64,000 bases of DNA from Bugula neritina (Eukaryota; Animalia; Bryozoa). The notes beneath the pieces were generated by a model, which had not been told where the DNA came from, ran no database searches, and saw nothing but the letters and a program-made list of their open reading frames with translations. Position numbers and translations under genes: made by a program. This document shows positions 41,301-64,000 of the stretch, in pieces; position 1 is the first letter of the stretch, and the number at the start of each line of letters is the position of its first letter. The stretch spans positions 15,748,995 to 15,812,994 of the forward strand of contig OZ037765.1 of the NCBI GenBank assembly GCA_964035545.1, in the 5' to 3' direction.

Positions 41301-44300
41301 GTTTGTTAGTTTTTAAGGTAGTTTAGTGAAGATATGATTTAGCAGTGGTTCAGAAAATTTAATTGTGTTGTAGTTTAATATGTATGTATGCATTCATATT
41401 TAAATATAAAATAAGAACCAAGTGTTTTCAGATTTGTGGAGAATTTGTTTACCATCTTGTAGAATAACTGGCTTTTGCCTAAAAGCGTCCTAACACAAGC
41501 TAATAGATACTCAACAGTTCTGGCCCTGAGAAAGTTTCAAGTTGAAAAGTGTGAGCTGCTCATCAGTGTGCACGCTTCTCTCAAAGTGTTTGTGGCCACG
41601 GACAACGCCCCCCTCACTCTCTCCCAGTTCTCCAGAACCTACATTGTGACCACATTTGCTCAGCTTCTGGCTGACCTTGGCTACCACTATGGCACTGGAG
41701 CCTTGTATTGTGCAGGTACTGTTGCTACTTCTCGTTTAAATTTTTGTCTAATAACTCTGCTAATCATTGTTTATACATGCTGACAGGCAACAGCTACTGT
41801 TATGGTTGTATATCATAATACTATTATAAAATCAATTGTATAAAGTTTTTTAAAAATAGGATATGTAAGCTACGCCTGAAATTCCTAGCCTATGATTTCA
41901 ACATAAATATAAAGATTGTATCCAAAATCAAACTTTCTCAAATCACTGACCCTTGTGTCATAAGGTCGCAGGTCCACACCACCCTGTGTTTCTCAACATA
42001 TGCTATTTCTTCATTGTTATTGACTGAAATAAACAATTAATATCATTATTTGCTAAATTTTCTGCTGAGTAATAAAATATGATGTTGTAGGGTGGTTGGT
42101 TGGCTCACTAGAGCTGCTGTTTAATCCCACTGGTATAGTTCGGAGTGTGATGGCTGGTCTCTCTGACATGATCTATCTACCATATTATGGATTCCAACAG
42201 AGCCCTGCTGCGTTCGTCACTGGTGTTAGTCAGGGGATGACTTCTGTTGTGAAGCATGTGACACATGGTTAGTAACCATTAATTAATCATTGTTTTTAGC
42301 GCGTCTTATGATTAATATTATTTATCTATTCTAGTTGTTTCTCTTCTTTGGCCCATGTTAATTGATACTCTTTAGCAATTGTCCATTAGGAAAAAATATG
42401 TGAGTAGAGGCCTGGACATACATCTATTTTATTTAAAGTTGTTTTCTCATGTAAGGATTTGCTAATTTTATTTTCAACTGTATTCAGCCAAAATATGGCG
42501 GCAGCACTTAAATTTCAACTTTCGTCCTTTTGTATATTTTCAATAAATGACTAAAGATCCTATGAATGTAGGGATGAATAATGCTTTTTAATTATACGAA
42601 GCAATGGAGGAGTTGTGAAATCGCGTGGTATTTCTAAAAACACATATCTAGGTTGATATCATTTGATGATGTAAATGTATTGCAGAGAATTCAATGTTTG
42701 TAGTTGATCTTTGTAGGAACATTGTCTTCCGTGACCCAATTTGCTCAAAGTGTGTCCAGAAACATGGACAGACTATCTTTGGACGACAAGTTTTCAGAGA
42801 GGCAGAAACTGAAGAGGCAAAACACACCTGAAGCCCTTAGCCAGGGTCTGCGCCAGGGGTTTGATGGCTTGGCTCTTTCCTTCTTAGGTGCTGTATTTAC
42901 ATCAAATGTCCTCGTGTCAGTTTATTTGTATTATGAGGTCATTCAAAGGTTCCTTTTCAAAGATTCCTTTGGTGTGAAAGTAACAAAATTTCCTGATTGC
43001 AAGTTTTTAGGTTAGTTAGTCAGTGTTAGTCAGTGCTAGTAAAAAAGTTTTAATAGCTTTTTTATGAAAATAGAGTTACCATATAAACATTACTAATAAC
43101 AAGGGACTTTGTTCTGTGCAAAACTTGAAGCAAAAATATCTTGTTTTCTCTGACATTATTTTGTGTGATTCATCAAAATTTTATAATACTCGATGAATCT
43201 TTTATTTTTATGAAATCTAATCAGAAAGTTGTTCAAGGATTTTCTGTAAATCAGTATAAAGTTAGAAGAAAAATGTGCAAGTGATTTTAATGTTGAATTT
43301 AGCAATAATTTGTCTTTGAAACTTTCAAAATTTGCTATAAGACTGAAATCGGACTGGTATTAGTTATAATTTTGCATAATAAATGCAGAATTTGTGTCCC
43401 AATGTTGTACATCTTTTCTGAGCTTATTGTTCATGTTTCATTACAGGAGCCGTAGCTGGTTTGGCTGACGAACCACTGCAAGGCTTTTTGGCTGAGGACC
43501 TCTCAGTACAACACCGAGCTGTTGCAGTGGTTACTGGAGTTGGTAAAGGAATTTTGGGTGCATTTACTAAACCCATATCTGGAACTGCTGAATTTATCTC
43601 CCAGGCCGGTCATGGTACAGCTGATTTGTATTAGTCTTTTGAGATCTAATTAGTTTTTAATAAGTCTCAAATCCAACATTTCATAAGTTTTCCTTTTCTT
43701 GATACGGAAACCTCTACAATTCGGCAAAGTTTTGGGACTAGGGAATGCAGTAAAATTGATATTGCAAGTAACAAAATGAAATCTACATTAAATTATACAG
43801 CTTTTGGGCATGAACAGGTGACCATTAAATTAGATTGTATCCTATTATGAAATTTATTTGAATTTATAATCAAGTTCTTAATGTCTTCAATAAAGATTTT
43901 AATACAATTCTTTGATCAACTTCATAGTAAAACTTTTTAGCCTAATTAGTATCCAGCTATCATCTTGCCAACAGCTGATACATGATATCTGTATGCATGC
44001 TACATCTCATCTAATTAATTATGTCCTGCCACAAGCTCCCAGCAGTTCCCTCTGAATCTTGAACTTTTCTGAAATAATAATAATTTTAATATCAAAGTAG
44101 TATCGGCCTGTTGGCTAGTTTCTGGTTAATAATTAATATTGCTGTTGAGTTGTATTTAAATATCAATTAATCAGAACAGATTTCGGCTTTCAGCTGTATT
44201 TTTGTTAATCAGTTTTTAGGTACTCTCTTCTGATCATTTATTGTGCCAGTTATATTCATAGTTTTTTAGAGTAAAACAATACGATTGGCTTAAGTGATGG

Positions 44301-47300
44301 GATGGTAGTACCAGACTTTGGTGATAACCAAAGCAATAACTAAGCCAGATCAAATAAATATGCCTTAGTTGCCCATTTGCATCAGCTGGGATTCTTAGTT
44401 TGGCTGATAATTTCATACTTGGGATGTGTCAACTCTGCTCTAGGTTGTATTCATACCATCAAAAACTGTATTGTCTGTAAAGTATGACAACCAATCTTAT
44501 GCTGTTTATGTAGGTTTGATGGGTAGTTTTGGTCTGACATCCCAAAAGTATGTTTCCCCTCAGTATGTATCTTCACTCCGTGCTCAATGTACTTTGTATG
44601 ACTTCTCACTCTCCAAGTATGCACTGTAAGTTGGTTTATATCTATATAGTTTATTGTTTCCATTAGTAGTTGGAAGGCCACATTAGACGGATTTTCACAC
44701 AGGTCAGAGAAAAAGGCTATTTTGTTCAAAAATACTGAGCAGCCAGTGCGAATCATTTCTACTGCTGCGATCTAGTTTTTGATGACTATTAAGCAAGCCC
44801 ATTCTTATTGATTTAGTTTTACATTTCATTCAATTTCGAATTGTACTTTCTATGTGTGCTTCTACTTTTCGATTCAAAGTGATAATAATGCAATATGGTA
44901 TATTCATATACCATGAACCACCATATCAATAATATTCTGAAGATAAAAATAGACTGGCAATAGAAATTGATTAATGCTGTGATTAAATATTTACGTGTTC
45001 TATAAAATTAAAAATAACAATAAAAGCATTTTTCATTATGGTGGTTTATCATTTGAATTCTTGTCATTGTGATTGTGTTTGTAGCTGAATTGAACTTGGG
45101 CCAGTGCTACAAATCATCTAATAAGTAATAATGGTTTGATTTATCTTGCATTTGTAGCCATAGAAGCAAGGCAAGCAAGCCAGCTGTAAAATTAAACGAA
45201 AATATTATTAGCAGACAATGCATTAAGTGTGGCAGCAAAAATTCATCTAATGTGGCCCTGCGCTAAGTGTTAACATATCTAATCTGTCAACTATAATTCA
45301 CTGCAAGTACAGGGGCCTACTTTTACATGAACGAATGATTTTGCACTTTCAAAAAATAGGATAGTAGATGTAAATTGTTCAATATAAAAATGTTGATTAT
45401 TACAATTTTTGTAATCAGATTTATGATTCTCCCACTATTAGCTATTATCCATTAGCAGTCTAAATCTATACTTTTTTATTTTCAACTAGTATTTGTGTCA
45501 ATGTATGCATTTAGTCTGTAGATTTTAAAATGCAAGTTACACCATGAACTTTTAAAGAGCGCTGTAAATGTAATTATTCAGGGGTCTTACAATGTTGGCA
45601 CCACACAGCGGCCCAGTTCTATGTGCTGTAAGAGTTTTCTCCCCATTGACTTCATCTGGAATCCTGAACTTATTGCTCTTTAAGAATCTGTTGCTTGTCC
45701 TTGAATGTAAAGAAATGGAACTGCAGCAATCATTTGCACTTTCTGAAATTGATTGCGTAAAGCATGAACTAGAGTCATCAGTCTACCTCCGAATATATTT
45801 GGCTGGCAAGCAAAGCTTTTCTAAGGTATCACAATTATTATCTATTATTCGCCATCCATCACCATTATTATTCATTATCCATCATCAAATTATTCATCAG
45901 CATATATAACCTTATGGTAATGTTGAACAATTGTGACTTAACATTTTACCATTTTGTTACAAAATTCACTGCAACAACAGTCTGAATAGTTTTGAAACCT
46001 TCCAGTTTATAGTTCATCATTTTACTAAACTTGTAAAAGCATGTTAAAATATAGAACATTTTAAATGAATATCAGATTTCGTTGGTTCACTGCCAACAAA
46101 CCGACACAGTTCAAGGTTAGCCAGTGCAACATATTATACTAACCTTAATGTTGATTGTGAACTAAACCAAACTTGCAAAAACCCCAAAGTGCATTTTAAT
46201 TTTATTTGACAAGTTTTGTTTGTTATATAACTGTACCATGTGTAATAATTTCCAGAATCATTATATTTAGGTGGATTCTAGTGTGTGCAATTACTGCACT
46301 GGTCAAGTTACGTAATTTAGTAGAAACTACACAAGCTTTTAGCGTGAGAAAGAATAGATATATTTAGTATGATTATCCAAAAAGGGGTCACATCCAGTTA
46401 CCCTGAATTAATATAAGGAAAAAGTATCACTATATCACTATCAACCGTACTCTCTAACTGACTGTCCGGAAGCTATCTGTTTCGTAGGGAGTAATCACAA
46501 CAGGGAGTAATCACAACGTGATTGGAGACTCTTATATTCTATCGTGCCTCCACAATCCTAATACAGAGGGCTATGAGTATGCACAGTAGTTACACTTCCA
46601 CCAGCCATTACACATGTTTAATGTCATTTTAAAGTTTCAATAATTTAAACTTATTTTAGTTGTCACACAACTATTGAAAATAGCTTAAAATAATGTTGAA
46701 GTAACTTGGTTTTTTCCCCAAATTTGACAATTAGTGCAAAGCATGCTCTATGTATTTTTGAGAGTGTTGAAGTTCAAACCCAAGACTTCATGTTTACTAA
46801 GCCAAACGCTTTAACCACCAGACTACGCTTGCTCCTTATGCAATGCTCTACATTGGTAGATTAATATAGATTTATTCACGTTTTACCCCAAAAGCTTCCT
46901 TGTCTGTTATCAAAATTTATAATTTTTCGCATGTCTAATATACTCAGATTCTTCCCAAAAATATGTTATTTGTTGAGATGTGTTTTTCTAAACGTTACTA
47001 TCAGAATTCTAAAAGCAATGGCAATTAGGGTCTATAGTACTTAGATCTGCTACTAATTTTAAAAAATATACTGAACTTGTTTTTACTCATATTTTCACTC
47101 AACTGCAGTATTAAGTAAAACACCTTTTTTTATTTAAATTAAAAAAGCAATGAGTATCTTTTGAGATTTAACTTACATGCATGAAGTTTCTATATTTCGA
47201 TCTGTGAAAATAACAAAATTGCACAGAGTGTAGTTACCCACCACTTGTCCTTGTGTGAAAATATTTCTCATCATTCTATTATGAATAATTATAAGTTCTT

Positions 47301-47869
47301 AAATCTGATTTTAAAATAATTCATTATGCTAAGATTCTGGCTCGTCATATACCTTTTAACAATCATAACACACTCTTCCAGTTTCTAATCATATTTTTCA
47401 AGTTACATTAATGTTTTTTATATTTATTGCTATGTTGAAACCTTTTCAACTTCGAAGACTTCTAAAAGTCTACAGTGTTCCAATGAAGGTCATATAGCAA
47501 TAACAGTCATTGCATTTAGTATACCGCTGCATGTTTATACAACAGTGTGTCTGACCAGCTACTGATAACTGATAATATGGTGAGACTGAGTAGTGGTGTG
47601 ATGTCTGTTCTCATGTTTATGTGCATCTTTTCTAGGAAGCTAACGTCAGCTTCTCACATCAGTTGAGAGTGAGAGACTATGTGTGCTCAACAAGCTCATC
47701 TGGTTACAGTTCCCTCACAGACCCTCAGTCAGGCTTGCATGTTGGCACTAGTGCAGCCAGCATCTCTTCAGGATCTCTTCTACATGAATACTGTGTTCTG
47801 GCCCAGGACATTGACTACTTTCTAGCTATGTTTAGATATACACAAAGAGTGCTGCGGTGGAATCAATAA
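8825..47869 (+). CDS. VPS13B: Vacuolar protein sorting 13B (COH1) orthologue, bridge-like lipid transfer protein, ~3,790 aa in ~59 coding exons
   Basis: N-terminal chorein domain MFRLESYIAPLVMSYIDRYV..SLW..VPWTKLGSEPV; VPS13B-like blocks TVCLDK..SGKI..YQDP..Y.CS, ENPAFEWN, VCGHSAEVNVT, ISVHASLKVFVATD, AGWLVGSLELL, SVSRNMDRLSLD, GVGKGILGAFTKPISG. Inferred GT-AG exons with consistent phase: 8825-9031, 9212-9420, 9600-10084, 11915-12138, 12352-12558, 12872-13094, 14705-14890, 15544-15705, 16146-16303, 16499-16662, 16858-17015, 17375-17494, 17744-17911 (or -17893), 17998-18180, 18447-18589, 19133-19349, 19453-19688, 19809-19940, 20093-20271, 20487-20609, 20707-20842, 21419-21682, 22399-22575, 22709-22865, 23207-23351, 23451-23535, 23710-23895, 24203-24455, 25506-25634, 26222-26410, 26543-26734, 27221-27477, 27713-27854, 28087-28256, 28387-28580, 28719-28873, 30831-31026, 31141-31216, 31779-31961, 32374-32628, 33492-33590, 33724-33888, 34640-34711, 35382-35542, 36238-36411, 36796-37063, 37980-38159, 38630-38909, 39131-39502, 39827-40170, 40270-40536, 40979-41194, 41463-41715, 42091-42267, 42717-42887, 43447-43614, 44514-44625, 45582-45825, 47636-47869 (TAA). 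Gene identity is secure; some middle boundaries are tentative. Confidence 0.95.
10587..11200. mobile_element. Probable truncated non-autonomous DNA transposon in VPS13B intron 3
   Basis: Begins TA|GGGTCATTCCGTGTCAAATCAACC (TIR-like), with internal ttttgaga/atctcaa/ctgagatat motifs typical of MITE interiors. No second TIR was seen, so the right boundary is approximate. Confidence 0.35.
11270..11322. repeat. (TA)n microsatellite
   Basis: Direct reading. Confidence 0.95.
13850..14053 (-). mobile_element. tRNA-derived SINE (tRNA-Thr(AGT)-like head), near full length
   Basis: Minus strand ggagctgccgTAGTCTAGGGGttcgagcatttgcctAGTaaacacaaagccatgaGTTCGAGTCccg shows A box, AGT anticodon loop and B box, followed by a non-tRNA body and an (ACTAA)n tail. 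A second head copy lies at ~46.8 kb. Confidence 0.8.
21690..21835. repeat. Degenerate ~27-bp minisatellite (tagtatgcatacatagtatacagg-like, ~5 units)
   Basis: Recurrent tgcatacata core immediately after the donor at 21683. Confidence 0.75.
32780..33105 (+). mobile_element. Old non-LTR retrotransposon 3' fragment
   Basis: Translates with a frameshift to YAPPVWP...NKLEKIQKPLMRII, resembling the post-RT YA.PVW...LE.IQKRALRII motif of L2/CR1-group elements. Confidence 0.6.
37050..37550 (+). repeat. 17-bp minisatellite (taactcactcYatgtac, roughly 29 units) beginning inside a VPS13B exon end
   Basis: Direct reading. The first unit is the exon/intron junction taactcactccag|gtat. Confidence 0.95.
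37740..37942 (+). repeat. 30-bp minisatellite (tcttcatgtgttgaatgtttgtatagtgtg, ~7 units)
   Basis: Direct reading. It explains the repetitive ORFs 37745..37957 and 37758..38039. Confidence 0.95.
38921..38966. repeat. Perfect 21-bp inverted repeat with 4-nt loop
   Basis: gctaacaaagcacacactaac-aaag-gttagtgtgtgctttgttagc. Confidence 0.95.
46770..46835 (-). mobile_element. Second, truncated copy of the tRNA-Thr-like SINE head
   Basis: Minus strand ggagcaagcgtagtctggtggttaaagcgtttggcttagtaaacatgaagtcttgggtttgaa aligns to the head at 13990-14053. Confidence 0.7.
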
Positions 47870-48989
47870 ACACACAAGTGACTACCCCTACAACTATGCA
47901 GTACTCACTGGCTGTGTCATAGGCAGTACTCACTTGCTATTTCATAATACTGCACTGACTGTTGCTTCCATTATTGTTATTTCACATTATTTTTAATAGC
48001 ATTACACATGCATAAGTTATGGAAACCATATTTATTATAATTCAAGCCATAAGTTTCAAATAAAGAACACATTTTTAGCAATTGTTATGATGAGTCACTG
48101 AGCTCTGACCTAGATGATCCATGTGAATAGCAGATAGTGTGCACAAGTATGTACAGTGTATTAGTGTGTACTAAGTAGCTTGTCATGTCCACTGTTCTGC
48201 TATACATATCGGAAATTATCAACTATGCACAGAATAGTTTTATTACTTTTTAATATTTTTAAATTTCTCCCTGCTGTAAGACAGCACCTTTGATGTTTCA
48301 AATCACATTAGTCCAGCCCAGCTGTGCTGTGAGCATAATCCGATTGTCTTGAATACTAATAATACAACTGCATTGTTATTATATTATTGTAATCCTTAAG
48401 TTAATGAAAGTATCCATGTGCTGCAGTTTTTGCTCTGCTGGAAAATGGCATGACATTGCTGTGAAGTTTTATTTTGACTAATAGAATATATAGAAGAATT
48501 CTCTTCTATTTTGTTTTATTTTTCTCTAGTATGCATACTTTACTACATCTTAAATATAATAAAAATACAAATATCATGTTATAATCTAATCTATATTTTG
48601 TTTTTGTGAATGCTTTTGACAATAATTTTGTTAATGTTTACCTCACATTCCATTGTGAATGATAGGGTTTTAGTGCTTTGTTTTGAAAAGCCAAAGTTTG
48701 CTCAGAAATCTATTTACGTATGATATAACAAGTTTTAGACTAGCTGTTTGGTCATTTTGAGCTTCTCAATAAATAGAGAATGCAAGATGATGAAGACATT
48801 TTTTCTAGTTTACTTGGTCAGCAGTAGTGCTGCTGTCAGTAGGGGGAAGTTATCTCGAGCCATCTGTTTACAGTAACAACATCTTTGACCTTAAATTCTA
48901 TATAGTAAAGTTCAAGTGGATAAGCAAGTTGATGAGCATAAACATGTATAAGATGACATGCTTAGTTTACCCAACTGTTATTGGTTGCT

Positions 48990-49074
48990 CATAACTTGTG
49001 TTCGGGCATTTGCTAAGACGCATTACTAACTGAACCTGCACTCTGTTCACTACTGACTACAAAGGCAAATACAG
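48990..49074 (+). other. Probable non-coding first exon of the fibulin gene (start approximate)
   Basis: Strong donor CAG|GTAAGA at 49074/49075, upstream of the acceptor at 50062 that precedes the ATG exon. Confidence 0.4.
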
Positions 49075-50107
49075 GTAAGAGTTTATATAGAGTAGAGCTA
49101 AGGCAGACTACTCATCCTTCTTTTCCACCAACAATCATGTGAAATCTTGGTTGGTGCTGAGTGGTAAAAGTAGTTTTGCCAGTAAGTAATCATAACTTAA
49201 TGTAAACTTGTTACTAATTTATGGATAAAAGCAGAGGCCTTCCATTTGAACTTCTGTTGCCTAAAGCAATATGTTGTATATTAAAAATAAATATTCCTTT
49301 AGCATAATTACTTTTAAAATATTTTAGTAGGTTCGGATACATATGGCACTAGCAAATGACTCATTAGTCAAATTTAGAATATAATATTTGAAGTATCTAA
49401 ATTATGAGTAATAACTATAATAAGCAATGAACATGGAGAATAACATTTTGAATACTTACAGATTGTCTATTGCAGAAACAATTCTAAACTTATGCTGGCA
49501 AAGTAAATTTATATCATATGAAATATTTCTTATTAACTGTTCCTTTTTAAAAGAGTCATACGAAGGAAATCAGAACCAAACATTAAAATTCGCAAAGAAA
49601 AGTCTTCCTGACTCATTTTGAAAGAATATGTGCACAATATTTTGAAAGTTGGGGCTGCCAAGCCTTAAAATATGCTGTTGGTTTGTCAGGATAAGGCACC
49701 ACTTGTTGATGAAAACAGTTGTTATGCTAGGATAAGCTTCTCTTGCCTATTATTACCCTTTGCTAACTAGTGATCTAAAACTAAATGAACAGTTACAGGC
49801 ATTGTTTACGAAGGCTGAATAAAAGTCTTTTTAATAATACAAACTTTCTACAAAACCATTAAAAACATATATGAAAATGTACAAATGTTCATCAAAATTC
49901 TTTGATATGTCACAATTGCTAATTGGTGGTATAAAAGTACTGCTGATGCTTTTGAGTAAGCCTCAACCTATAAATTATCACTAAAAATGATTGTGGATCT
50001 TTGTGGTGAGTCATCTGCACCTGTCTCATTTAGTGTTTTCAAGTGTTGTTGGTTTCTTGTAGGTACACTGCTAATTGCCTCAACTGTCTGACCAACCTAT
50101 TTTTACT

Positions 50108-63690
<13,583 letters not shown>

Positions 63691-64000
63691 GCAAAATGAA
63701 ACACTTGATGAATTCTTTGTATGCATATTTATATTCTAAAATCTATTTATGGTGTATTACAACACTATATATTTGGCATACGATTTTAGCACTGGCTGCA
63801 TTATATTAATAAAACATTTTACGAAATACATTTTTGTTTGTCTTATGCATGCGCTGTTACTGCACCAGATAAGAGTGCATTTTTTATATATAACATGTAT
63901 GACGGTAACTTGAAAGTGCATGGAGCTGGAGAAGCACCATAAACTATAACCCAAACACCAGCATATCAGAGACAGCAGTGATATATGTAACAACTGCCTG

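Overview
AT-rich eukaryotic (metazoan, probably invertebrate) genomic DNA, not prokaryotic. From left to right: (1) 1-7.7 kb is a repeat cluster containing low-complexity TAC/ATT/ATC tracts, a small foldback element, a 5'-truncated and decayed RTE-clade LINE (~2923-5978), an orphan DNA-transposon-like end, a CR1/L2-type RT remnant, and a Penelope-like element (GIY-YIG fragment) bracketed by inverted pseudo-LTRs that each carry a hammerhead-ribozyme motif. (2) A complete + strand VPS13B (COH1) orthologue at 8825-47869, hand-assembled as about 59 coding exons and about 3,790 aa. (3) About 1 kb downstream, a complete + strand fibulin-1/2-like gene with CDS 50108-63690, 16 coding exons and about 890 aa (signal peptide, anaphylatoxin modules, EGF/cbEGF array, fibulin C-terminal module). 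Introns hold tRNA-Thr-derived SINEs, MITEs, minisatellites and (TA)n tracts. I see no wholly new protein system. The most interesting signals are at the RNA level: two oppositely oriented hammerheads with complementary lesions, a candidate U12-type intron in the fibulin gene, a minisatellite built from an exon end plus splice donor, and a perfect 21-bp intronic hairpin. Exon boundaries were read by eye and need transcript confirmation.
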